This document shows, piece by piece, positions 1 through 9,438 of a DNA stretch of 64,000 bases. Under the pieces are notes generated by a model. That model was not told the origin of the DNA and did not search any database. It saw only the letters and a program-made list of their open reading frames with translations. The stretch covers positions 1 to 64,000 of the IMG/VR virus record IMGVR_UViG_3300020380_000001. One strand, written 5' to 3'. Both the position numbers and the translations under genes were made by a program. Numbering within the stretch: position 1 is the first letter of the stretch; each line of letters starts with the position of its first letter.

Positions 1-77
1 GTCTTGTGTTTGAATGTCATTTTGCTATTATAACGATGTAGGCAATAATGCAGACAAACAAAACAAGGTAACAAAAT

Positions 78-311
78 ATGTCAAAATTACTAAAGAAAAT
101 TAAAAACGCGCAAGTAGCTGACAATAACGGCGTTGTAGTTGGCACAGTACACAACGTATATGACAACGAAGGTCAAACAGTAATTGTGTACAAGCTAGTA
201 AACGGTAATGATGACGAAGCCAACTTGAGCTGGTTGCTTTGGAACAATTACTCGTTCACCCGTAACGGCAAAGTACTTGACAATATGAAAATTTTAGCTG
301 CGTCAGTTTAG
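78..311 (+). CDS. hypothetical protein (77 aa)
   Basis: ORF with AAGGT RBS, followed by a terminator; stop is TAG immediately followed by TAA. Confidence 0.75.
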   Translation: MSKLLKKIKNAQVADNNGVVVGTVHNVYDNEGQTVIVYKLVNGNDDEANLSWLLWNNYSFTRNGKVLDNMKILAASV

Positions 312-329
312 TAAATTATCAATTAAAAC

Positions 330-351
330 AAAGCGCCTACGGGCGCTTTTT
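330..351 (+). terminator. rho-independent terminator
   Basis: AAAGCGCC-TACG-GGCGCTTTTT hairpin with U-tract. Confidence 0.85.
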
Positions 352-366
352 CATGCCTGAGTTTCG

Positions 367-918
367 GTGCTAAATAATAAACACAAACGAGGTTTATTAC
401 ACATGGCAGTGAACGGAAAACAGAAGGGCAACTCCTTCGAAAGAACTATATCAAATATGCTCAGTGAACGCTTCTGCGAGCACTTAGGACTCGAGCAAGG
501 GTTTAGACGTAACCCGGACTCAGGAAGCTTCTTTGGGGGTTCTAATAAGTCTAGGGTGGAAACCCACGACACCGACTTCGCTGTTTATGGTGACCTCATT
601 TGTCCACGTTCCTTTATTTTCAGCATTGAATGCAAATCCTACAAAACGCCACCTACTCTAGATTCCATAGCTAAACAGTCAGTTAAGCAGTGGGATACCT
701 GGATTAGTCAAGCCGAGCAAGACGCTGAGATGGGCAATAAAGAGTCCCTACTCGTCGTAAAATATAATCGTACAGAAATCATGTGCTTCTTGAAAAAGAG
801 CTTCCATGCTACTTCGGATTGGAAAGAAATTGAAGGATTCGCCAAATACAAGGACTATATATTAATGAGTGTTACAGATTTCTTATCAGTTTCTGATGAG
901 AAGTTTTTTAAAGAATAA
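367..918 (+). CDS. Holliday junction resolvase-like PD-(D/E)xK nuclease (likely true start ATG ~403)
   Basis: KQKGNSFER...GD...IECK motif typical of Hjc-type resolvases; CTAAATA motif at 370-376 lies inside the extended ORF start. Confidence 0.75.
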   Translation: MLNNKHKRGLLHMAVNGKQKGNSFERTISNMLSERFCEHLGLEQGFRRNPDSGSFFGGSNKSRVETHDTDFAVYGDLICPRSFIFSIECKSYKTPPTLDSIAKQSVKQWDTWISQAEQDAEMGNKESLLVVKYNRTEIMCFLKKSFHATSDWKEIEGFAKYKDYILMSVTDFLSVSDEKFFKE

Positions 919-920
919 AT

Positions 921-2310
921 TTTTAAAACCGTTGGAATTGCTTACGAGCATGGTTAGTACTAGAGGTTAAATTGTCAACGCTACAATCCCTAGTGATGAT
1001 GGATTCCAACGTTAAAAGGCAGCACAGACTTTACACAATACTGACGGCGTGAACGGGTACTAAAGACACCCAAAAACGTGACAAGATTATTAATCAGTGT
1101 GTAAGGTAATGGCAAACTGTGTGGGCCTTTAGTGAGATAGGCACCTCGGTTCTGTTAAGCTTTACACTCGTGTTTAACGGAATATTGGTTGGAGAAGCCA
1201 ACCCGCATTGAAGACGGCATTGAAGAATGCACCGTTTGGATGAGCTTGCGAGTGCCCCGGGCGAATGGGTAACATAGTGGGTGTTTCGTCCGGTGATATG
1301 ACTTATATGGTCAGGTTCCATCGTGCTTGAGTACTACATTACATAGTAAGAAAGAGAGTATAAAACGAACTACCATAACGGACAAGGCCTCAATAACCTT
1401 GGTTTGTATAGTGAAATTAGACGAGCTTAGAACTTAGATAGCTAATAAGGCTATGAGTAATTATGCAATTTACAGAGATTGGAATACCGGATATAAGTTA
1501 GAGGTAAGAGAGGGACTTGTGGTGTTTTTTAACATGCACTAAGATGTCAACTGTCCGTGAGGGCGGTTTCCCGCACTGTACAAAGAAATTTCTACAGTGT
1601 ATGACCCCTTGAAGGTCTGCTTATAAAACTTAAGTAGAACTCAGTGATGGCCTCGCAAGGTAGTTATTACCCTAGTTAGTAATCTTGACGGGTAATCACA
1701 ACGCCTTGGATGTACCACAAAAGGATATCGCTCTGCAAGAAAAAGAGTTCATCATCCGCAACCTTACGGACGCACGTATATGACGCCAAGTCAACGTAGC
1801 AAATGATGAACGGCAACGATAGCTGCTTAATGGCAACCGCGTTGGTCATTAGGCAGTCGCAATACTTGAAACAATACGACATGGGCTTAGACAGAGGGCT
1901 AAGCAGGCGAATTACATAATGTAGCCTATAAGCAAGTCGAAACCATAGTATGTCACTTCTTTAGTTTATTCTAATCCATTACTTTTGTTAAGAAACTATG
2001 CGCTTCCGCCGCAGGGTAATGTGTTAAGGACCTGCTCGAAATTGAGATGTAGTGATCTCAACGTTAGACAGTTATTAGACAGGGGAAAACGAAACTAGCA
2101 TTCTGTATAAAAATGTGATGTTTTAAAGATTTGGTATATTAGTTTTAAACCAGCGTTTGACGCCGAGAGGTTTAGTTGGGGAATAACACAGCTTCTGATT
2201 AAGTTCTTTAGCTTGTGCCGGAGGATGTTGCAGACTGTAATGTTATAGAGTGAACTCACTTAGTTGGGAGGTGATTTATAATACTGCGCATCGTTATGTT
2301 GATACGATTA
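921..2310 (+). ncRNA. candidate large structured non-coding RNA (~1.4 kb); ends approximate
   Basis: No credible ORF; dense nested helices, e.g. 930-938/1003-1011, 1029-1044/1094-1106, 1517-1523/1714-1720, 1747-1755/1803-1811, 1823-1837/1841-1856; G-U wobbles favour the + strand. Confidence 0.65.
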
Positions 2311-2400
2311 GTAAAAAATTAAACGTAAAAAATGAAGTAAAAAATTAAAGTAAAATATTATTTGTAAAGATTAGACTGTAAATTCCGAACCCAGTAAAAG
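2311..2400 (+). repeat. seven GTAAA-initiated A-rich repeats with 12-16 nt period
   Basis: GTAAA at 2311, 2325, 2337, 2350, 2364, 2378, 2394. Confidence 0.75.
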
Positions 2401-2940
2401 AATTCAAAGATAATCGTATTCAACAAACAAACTCATTTAAAACTAGCTGAAAAGTTATGGCATTGGGAAACGAGCACTCGCACTAGTCAATGGTATTCGC
2501 TAGGCTGCACATCCATAAAAATGCAGTAGAGAACGGGGATCGACGGCGACGGAATGTTCTTATTTTTTTGTTTTTTAAGAATTTTTTGTTAATCTAGTTG
2601 TTTAAGGCTTGCCCATATCGGGCGAGCCATAATCTTCTAACCTTGGAATGCCTGCATACACATAATAGTCACTTCGTGCTATTAATATTAATAACAATAA
2701 TTAAAATATAATCAATCATTCGAAATAATTAATAAGAGTTAAGCTATCGATAGATATTATAGACGCAGCAAGTTCCTTGCGAAGTCTACTAATAGCTAGC
2801 GAGTAACGGCAACGGAGTTGCAGGAACATTACTATCATTCATTATTATAAATGATTCATCATATTCTAGGTTGAATATCAGTAAAAATATCTAAGCGGAT
2901 CGGCTAGAACATAGGACGGGATTAATAGGAATTCAGGCAA

Positions 2941-2967
2941 TAAAAAAGGGCCAATGCTATGACCCTT
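2941..2967 (-). terminator. terminator downstream of the gp26-like gene
   Basis: Minus strand AGGGTCA-TAGCAT-TGGCCCT followed by a T-run. Confidence 0.7.
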
Positions 2968-3129
2968 CCTTGTAGTACTCTTTGAGCTTTTTAACTAATT
3001 GCTGCCGTTCTCGGGATGACATCATCCAACATGTTTCGTAACCAAAGCCACCTTGTCCATAAATAGCCAAGTACTGGATTTCATCAGTTAATTTATCTTG
3101 ATTCTTCTCAAGACCCCGAATCATGGCCA

Positions 3130-4059
3130 TTACCTGTTGTGGGTCGCCTGATCCGAGGAGCGCGTAAAAAAACTCATTTGATCGAAGTTAACATCAATAG
3201 TATGTTCGTGCTGGCAGTTTTGGCATTTCGTATCCAATTTACTCTGCACGCCGTGATTATTCATGTCGTCCACCTTTTCCTTTATCTTCGCTGACGATTC
3301 CCTGTCAATTTCCATGAAGAACTCAGTTATAAATTGCGGCTCAGTAACAACGTTGCCAGCAAGAGATACACTCGCAATAGAGCTCATAAGTATGTCTCGG
3401 TTCAACGTAGACATCTCTTTGTACATTTTACTGAATACAGCTAAGCGCTCATCGTCACTTACGCCAGAATCGGGTGATAAAGCACGCAGACTCTTACTTT
3501 CCTTGTAGCCAATATCAAGTATTTTCTTGTATTGACTAAAGTCGTACGGGTGCAACATCACTTCCAGATCACCATCCAACTCTACAACATTAAAGCCCTC
3601 GCCAAAACGTCTAACACTAGACAACACCATATCTAAATCAAGTGTTTTCTTTTGTACATGGCCGCATTTAGGACAAGTTTCGTCAATGTCATGCTCCTTG
3701 CCGTACGAGTTGCGACGGATTTCAGTCATCAACAATCTAATGTCAATGTGTAAAAGCTTGGTTGGGTCACTAATTGCAGGACAGCAACTCTTTATAACCG
3801 AAACAATGCTTTCGCCATTTAGTAAGCCGTCTGGGTTGTTTAGTAAAGTTTCGTCTGAACCTGTCATGGGCTTAATACCCACTTCAAGTTGATCATTATC
3901 TGCTGTGATGAAGCCTTCAGGATAAGCACCGATGTCAGTGCCTAAAAGACGCACCCAGGATTTAGGCTTCCTGAACGCCCCTGCCAAAGGGTTGTTGGCT
4001 GTCATTTGTGTCATTCTGTTACTCCGTTTTAAGATATACGTGTATTTAGTTAAATTCAA
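3130..4059 (-). CDS. gp26: baseplate hub assembly protein, T4 gp26-like (true start likely downstream, MTQMT/MTANN)
   Basis: NPL..FR.PK..V.L N-terminus, LKPMTGSDE..L..PD.LLNG, CxxC motifs typical of gp26-like proteins. Confidence 0.7.
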   Translation of the reverse strand: MNLTKYTYILKRSNRMTQMTANNPLAGAFRKPKSWVRLLGTDIGAYPEGFITADNDQLEVGIKPMTGSDETLLNNPDGLLNGESIVSVIKSCCPAISDPTKLLHIDIRLLMTEIRRNSYGKEHDIDETCPKCGHVQKKTLDLDMVLSSVRRFGEGFNVVELDGDLEVMLHPYDFSQYKKILDIGYKESKSLRALSPDSGVSDDERLAVFSKMYKEMSTLNRDILMSSIASVSLAGNVVTEPQFITEFFMEIDRESSAKIKEKVDDMNNHGVQSKLDTKCQNCQHEHTIDVNFDQMSFFTRSSDQATHNR

Positions 4060-4083
4060 GCACTGTTTTTAAAGTGCTAAATA
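4043..4083. promoter_or_regulatory. divergent pair of late-type promoters
   Basis: TATTTAG (4043-4049, minus-strand CTAAATA) and CTAAATA (4077-4083) flank an AGCAC/GTGCT inverted repeat. Confidence 0.6.
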
Positions 4084-4113
4084 TTCATATAGGATAAGGT
4101 TTAGTACGGAATT

Positions 4114-6921
4114 ATGGAAGAAGTAAGCCCGGTAATTATTACCGATATAGACAGTGTCGCCATAAGAACACTAGCTCAAGAAGAGACGTTAAAGTCCCTA
4201 ATAAAACTCGTTCAGAAATCCTACAACTTAGACAAAGCACACGGTAAAAAAGTAGAAGATCAGTTAAAACGCATTGCTGACAAGCTTGATGACCCAACCG
4301 GCATGGGCGAGATAGGCGATGTTGTTGATTCCATAGAAGGACTTGACTTCGACGAGCTAAAACAAGAGCTAGCCGATATCGGCGAAACACTCGAAGACAA
4401 TTACAAAGAACAAGTTAAAGAAAACAAGCGCCGCCCGTCTTCAGGACCTGGTCCTGCCAACGCGCCAATGAATAACCGTGAACCTGATTTATCCGGGAAA
4501 TTAGACACCATGTTAGGTGGCTTTATAGGCCGTATGGATATGGGTTTCGGCGGTATAATGGCCAAAACAGGCCAAATACTGAGCGCGTTTTCGATAGCTG
4601 CACTGGTAGGAAACTTGGCAAACCTAGCCGAGAACTCACGATCAGCTGGCGCACTTATACAAAGTTTTGGATCATCTGCAGAAATAGCAGGCAACTTTAT
4701 TTCCAACACTGCTGATAACGTCCTTCGTTTTGGTACAAGTGTTGAGGACTTAAACAGCATTTATAATGAGCACGCCATCGCGCTTAATGCGTACCAAAGA
4801 GCCACAGGAAAAAGCTTCGCCCAAACAGTTTCGGGCATGGCTGATTTTGGTGATATTGTCGGCGTAACTTCGAGACAAATGCTTGAGTATAGCGCAAGCG
4901 AATTCTCCCGTCAACGTCTTTTAGGGCAAATAGACCAACTCAATCAAAACCAAATGCAGAACTTAGCACGCCGCGCCATAGAAAATATGACGGAATACAG
5001 TGCTAGATTGGGTATTGGGATTGAAGAGATAGACAAAGCAGTAAACGGGTTAATGGATGCGCCAGATACTCGTTTTATTATGAGCTCATTAAGCTTAGCT
5101 GGGCAAGAAGCTGTTAAAGAAATGACAATGGCTTTTGCCGACGCGCCTGAGGTGTCTAAAACATTAAGAGACCAACTTGCTAATTTACAACTAGGCCGCC
5201 CGATTGATCAGGAGCTCGTAAGAGGTCTAGCATCAAGTGGTTTAGGTGATGTTATACCAGCGCTAACTGAAGAACTAAACAGCGTGATGTCGGGTGATAC
5301 GACCGCCATTGAGCGCTTGCGTAATACATTAGCAGTTCGTTTCCAGCAAATGACAGACGACCAACGAAAAGCAACTCTAGCAGTAGCACAAAGCGTCGGC
5401 GGAACTTATTTGCAGTTTGCGAATGACGCGCTTTCTTTAACCGAAGATATGCGCAGTAGCATGACTGATGAACAGCGTGCCGCTGAACGCAGAATACGAA
5501 ACCAAGCTGCGTTTATACGTGAGTTCAACAATCGCTTGACTACAATGTTCCAAGGCTTGCTTACTCAAGTACTAAACTATTTCGTTGGTTTTGATGATGT
5601 AAACAAGCTGTTTAATAAGGAAGGCGAATTCACTGAAGAAGCTGTCAACAAGATGAGTAAATTCTTCAGTGACATACGTAGTTTTATAGACGGGTTTGTG
5701 TCCGGCTTCGGTACAGTATTTGACGTCCTAAAAGTGATTGGATCCGGTCTTTTATGGGTGGCTGACACTATTGGGTCAGTTATGTCTGTCTTTGGGATAG
5801 AAACTGAAAATGCGGCTAATACGCTTGGTTACGTAGCGGGATTATTAGTAGGCGGCGTAATGTTATTGGCTACCCCGGTTAGACTATTAGTAGGCGCGTT
5901 TAAAATGGCAGGTCGTGTATTGATGGCTTTTGACATTGTTGGCCTGTTTAAGTCACTACCCTCGATGGTACGTGTGTTTGCTGGTGGTGTAATAAAGGCA
6001 ACGACCTCTGCTTTCAGCACAATATCAGGCGGATTAGCTCGTTTGTTTACTGTGTTAGGACCGCAGATGTTAGGCGGCGTATCGACTTTCCTAAACAAGT
6101 CATTATTCTGGTTAGGCGCGGTCGCACAACGGGCATTGCCTTGGTTGCTGTCTAGAATCCCTGCTTTGTTTGGTCCGGTAGGTATCGCTATTAGTACATT
6201 AATAACCGGCATAATAGACGGCTATATGAACTCTGACGCTGATACTTTTATAGGGAAAGTAATAGACAGCATTATGAGTCTGCCGCGCACTTTTGCAGGC
6301 TGGATTTATGACATGGTCGACACTGTCGCTAGCTGGCTTGGTTTTGACTCTACATCGTTTACTAACGCATTGCGTGATATTAACTCACCACTTGGTATAC
6401 TGTTTGATTTGCTAACTTTTGTTGGCCAACAAATATCAGCCGTGGGCGACTGGGTAGCACAGAAATGGGATGCTGCTAAGTCGTGGTTTACTGGTGACGA
6501 CGACAGCGCAACCGTAATGAAAGACACCGCTAAACAAGTCAATAATGATGTAGTAGAGCACGCGTCCGGTGTTGCCAAAGACTATGCCAATAATGTTAAG
6601 CGTCAAGCCCCTAGGATGAACAGCGGCAATATACAACGCGATGCGCAACTAATTAGAAATGCTTCGGTTTCCAACATAGTAAATAACACTAGAGCCGGTA
6701 ATATAGATAACTCTACATTTACTGAGCAACGAAACTCGCAAATAACTGAGGCAGAGAAATTAAAAGAGGCGGTAGTAACTGCGCAAGAGACTGGCAACAC
6801 AGCTAACCTTGATGCGCTTGTTGAAAAACTAGACCAACTTATAGCTGCTCAGACAGAGAATAATAGATATTCTCGTGAAATAAGCTCTAACACAAAGGGC
6901 ACAATTAAGGGAATAGGTTAA
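4114..6921 (+). CDS. tape-measure-like / baseplate hub protein (935 aa)
   Basis: Long helical Ala/Gly-rich protein with a hydrophobic central segment, next to the baseplate gene and upstream of the portal. Confidence 0.55.
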   Translation: MEEVSPVIITDIDSVAIRTLAQEETLKSLIKLVQKSYNLDKAHGKKVEDQLKRIADKLDDPTGMGEIGDVVDSIEGLDFDELKQELADIGETLEDNYKEQVKENKRRPSSGPGPANAPMNNREPDLSGKLDTMLGGFIGRMDMGFGGIMAKTGQILSAFSIAALVGNLANLAENSRSAGALIQSFGSSAEIAGNFISNTADNVLRFGTSVEDLNSIYNEHAIALNAYQRATGKSFAQTVSGMADFGDIVGVTSRQMLEYSASEFSRQRLLGQIDQLNQNQMQNLARRAIENMTEYSARLGIGIEEIDKAVNGLMDAPDTRFIMSSLSLAGQEAVKEMTMAFADAPEVSKTLRDQLANLQLGRPIDQELVRGLASSGLGDVIPALTEELNSVMSGDTTAIERLRNTLAVRFQQMTDDQRKATLAVAQSVGGTYLQFANDALSLTEDMRSSMTDEQRAAERRIRNQAAFIREFNNRLTTMFQGLLTQVLNYFVGFDDVNKLFNKEGEFTEEAVNKMSKFFSDIRSFIDGFVSGFGTVFDVLKVIGSGLLWVADTIGSVMSVFGIETENAANTLGYVAGLLVGGVMLLATPVRLLVGAFKMAGRVLMAFDIVGLFKSLPSMVRVFAGGVIKATTSAFSTISGGLARLFTVLGPQMLGGVSTFLNKSLFWLGAVAQRALPWLLSRIPALFGPVGIAISTLITGIIDGYMNSDADTFIGKVIDSIMSLPRTFAGWIYDMVDTVASWLGFDSTSFTNALRDINSPLGILFDLLTFVGQQISAVGDWVAQKWDAAKSWFTGDDDSATVMKDTAKQVNNDVVEHASGVAKDYANNVKRQAPRMNSGNIQRDAQLIRNASVSNIVNNTRAGNIDNSTFTEQRNSQITEAEKLKEAVVTAQETGNTANLDALVEKLDQLIAAQTENNRYSREISSNTKGTIKGIG

Positions 6922-6924
6922 TAA

Positions 6925-8529
6925 ATGACTTGGAAAAAGTATTTTAATCAATCGCCGACTAACACGAATCCAGGATCATTCAAATCTTCTGGCGCAAGCC
7001 ATGGGAGCTTCGATAAAGATGCAGCATGGCTACCAGAGTACTACTCCGGTTCACAAGACAGAATACACCGTTACGCGCAATATGACACAATGGACTTGGA
7101 TCACGAAGTTCATTTAGCGCTTAACACTATTGCAGAATTCTGCGTACAGGACGACGAAGACAATAAGCTGCCGTTTGAAGTTAGCTGGGTAGAAGATCCT
7201 ACTGAGAGTGAAACTGAAACTATTAATCGTTTATTGCGCCAATGGTGCGAACTAAACGAATGGCGCAGACGTGCGGTTACTACATTCCGTGGCACTATAA
7301 AGTACGGCGACCAGTTCTTTATACGAGACCCTGAAACTTTCAAGCTTCACTGGGTAGATGTGGCTGATGTAAAATACGTAATTGTTAACGAAGCTGACAA
7401 CAAACGTATTGAGTTTTACGCCATGGCTAATATCTCGTTTAACTTAAAAGACGGTGTTGCTAGTGATTTCGATCCTAATAACACTCACAACGCTAATAAC
7501 CTGTCAGTGCAACATTGGTCTAAATCGGCTAAGACTACAGGTGTTTCGTCAGCTAATACTGATGAAGAGATTACTTACATATCGGCTGACCACGTAGTTC
7601 ATATAAGTATGTCCGAGGGCATGAATATGACATGGCCGTTTGGCGTTAGTGAGCTAGAAAAAGTGTTCAAGATTTATAAGCAGAAAGAACTGCTTGAAGA
7701 CAGTATTTTGATTTACCGTATTCACCGAGCACCTGAACGCCGTGTATTCTTTATTGATACTGGTGACTTACCGCCACACAAGGCAAAAGCTCACTTGGAA
7801 TCAACTCGTATGGAAGTACAGCAAAAGCGCATACCGCAAAAAACAGGTAATGGTGAAAACAATATCATGGACTCGGCGTACAACCCGCTAAGCATGATTG
7901 AAGATTACTTTTTCGCAGTAACAGCGAGCGGTCGAGGCTCTCGAGTTGAAACACTTCCAGGCGGCCAAGGCCTAGGCGAAATTGATGACTTGAAATATTT
8001 CAACAACAAATTAATAAGAGCGTTGAGTATTCCTAGTTCGTATTTGCCTACTGGGCCAGAAGACGGTACGGCGCCTTTCCAAGACGGTAAGGTGTCTAAT
8101 GCGTTTATCCAAGAGTTCAGATTTGATAGATATTGTCGTCGTTTGCAAAATATTGTTATAGACGAATTAAACCATGAATTCAAGATGTATTGTAAGCATT
8201 CCGGTATCCGCGTAGATACTGGTACGTTTGACATCCAATTCTGTGAGCCTCAGAACTTCAGTAACTATCGTGAAGTTGAGATGAATATGCAGTTCGCTAG
8301 CGCGTATGCACAAATGTCGGATTACGAACATATCTCTAAACGATTTGCTATGAAGAAATACTTAGGCTGGGATGATAACGATATACTAGAAAACGAACGT
8401 CTTTGGAAACAAGAAAACGGCATTAAAGACGAGGCTGGTGAAGAAATCGCCAGAACCACAGTTGCACGTGAAGCTGGTCTAACTAGCTCTGCGATTAAAC
8501 AGTACCAAAACAAAGCTAGGGAAGAATAA
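6925..8529 (+). CDS. gp20: portal protein (T4 gp20-like)
   Basis: QKELLEDSILIYRIHRAPERRVFFIDTGDLP, EDYFF...GRGSRVETLPGG, IDDLKYFNNKL motifs. Confidence 0.95.
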   Translation: MTWKKYFNQSPTNTNPGSFKSSGASHGSFDKDAAWLPEYYSGSQDRIHRYAQYDTMDLDHEVHLALNTIAEFCVQDDEDNKLPFEVSWVEDPTESETETINRLLRQWCELNEWRRRAVTTFRGTIKYGDQFFIRDPETFKLHWVDVADVKYVIVNEADNKRIEFYAMANISFNLKDGVASDFDPNNTHNANNLSVQHWSKSAKTTGVSSANTDEEITYISADHVVHISMSEGMNMTWPFGVSELEKVFKIYKQKELLEDSILIYRIHRAPERRVFFIDTGDLPPHKAKAHLESTRMEVQQKRIPQKTGNGENNIMDSAYNPLSMIEDYFFAVTASGRGSRVETLPGGQGLGEIDDLKYFNNKLIRALSIPSSYLPTGPEDGTAPFQDGKVSNAFIQEFRFDRYCRRLQNIVIDELNHEFKMYCKHSGIRVDTGTFDIQFCEPQNFSNYREVEMNMQFASAYAQMSDYEHISKRFAMKKYLGWDDNDILENERLWKQENGIKDEAGEEIARTTVAREAGLTSSAIKQYQNKAREE

Positions 8530-8801
8530 TGCGTATAGATGAAATATACGATCCTGCTAGGGATAGAAGTGTAGTTAGATTATCTACAGACGTTCGCAGA
8601 CCTCAGCTGACACTTAAACACCTACAACAGATGCGCAAGTCTAGGGACTTCAAAAGAATCGAAGAGATTGAGCGTATGAAGCTGATGCAAATAATGTACG
8701 GTGGCGATGTAGGCGGAGGCGGCCCTGGAGGCGGCCTAGGCGGCGGAGGTTTCGGCGGAGAAATTGATTTTGACGACGGACCTGCTTTAGGCGAAGAATA
8801 G
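8529..8801 (+). CDS. conserved small head-region protein with Gly-rich acidic tail
   Basis: Overlaps the portal stop; RPQLTLKHLQQMRK core; stop TAG-TAA. Confidence 0.75.
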   Translation: MRIDEIYDPARDRSVVRLSTDVRRPQLTLKHLQQMRKSRDFKRIEEIERMKLMQIMYGGDVGGGGPGGGLGGGGFGGEIDFDDGPALGEE

Positions 8802-8928
8802 TAAAAATAGTTATAAGTAGTAAGAATGCGCTTTTTGGACCAAAACCAGGCCCCTAGAGCGCATTTTTTTATGCGCTTCATAAATAGAACATAGAAAAAC
8901 TGTGATTTTTCAATAGGAGTGTAAGAAC

Positions 8929-9432
8929 ATGAACAAGCTAGAACAAGTATTTGACCTTCTTATTAACGAAGACAATACTGCTGCTTCGAAACTCTTTCAC
9001 GAAATCGTTGTTGAGACAGCACGTGACATTTATGCAGATGTTTCAAAGGCTGTTGGTGTTTCTGAATCTTCAGATGAAGAAGACGCAGAGGAAGACGATT
9101 CCGAAAAGAAGGACAAAGTAGTTAAAGAAGAAGACATGGGCGATTTGTCTGACGAAGTATCTGACGAAGTATCTGATACTGAAGTAGACGACGAAATGTC
9201 TGACGACGATGTTGAAGTAGACGACGAAGTATCTGACGAAGATGCAGGCGACGTTGAAGACCGCGTCGAAGATCTTGAAGCTGCGTTTGCTGAATTAGCT
9301 GCTGAGTTCGAAGAACTTGCAGGTGATGATGTAGACATGGACGCTGATCCAGAAATGGACGGCGGTGACTTAGACAGCGAAATCGATGATCCAGAAATGG
9401 GTTCTGACGAAGAGCTAGCTGGCACACTATAA
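8929..9432 (+). CDS. acidic prohead core/scaffold-like protein
   Basis: Extremely Asp/Glu-rich, between portal and protease; ATAAATA at 8880 and an AGGAG RBS. Confidence 0.75.
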   Translation: MNKLEQVFDLLINEDNTAASKLFHEIVVETARDIYADVSKAVGVSESSDEEDAEEDDSEKKDKVVKEEDMGDLSDEVSDEVSDTEVDDEMSDDDVEVDDEVSDEDAGDVEDRVEDLEAAFAELAAEFEELAGDDVDMDADPEMDGGDLDSEIDDPEMGSDEELAGTL

Positions 9433-9438
9433 GGGATA

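Noticed and set aside
1094-1882. Short ORFs inside the structured region (1094-1321 -, 1676-1882 -, and a + frame 1273-1542 with one TAG)
   Set aside because: No RBS, no protein-like motifs, short; better explained as chance ORFs in a non-coding RNA.
921-2310. Identification of the structured region as RNase P RNA, tmRNA, an rRNA fragment or a group I intron
   Set aside because: Hallmarks such as GAGGAAAGTCC, tRNA-like tmRNA ends, or an interrupted host gene were not seen; GGCCTCGCAAGG only loosely resembles a 16S helix. Judged by eye only.
2311-2400. CRISPR array or mini-array (also considered for 46522-46585)
   Set aside because: Repeats are 5-14 nt with no 25-40 nt unique spacers, and no cas genes are in the window.
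9121-9400. DNA repeats such as GACGAAGTATCT and GATCCAGAAATGG
   Set aside because: They simply encode the low-complexity acidic scaffold sequence.
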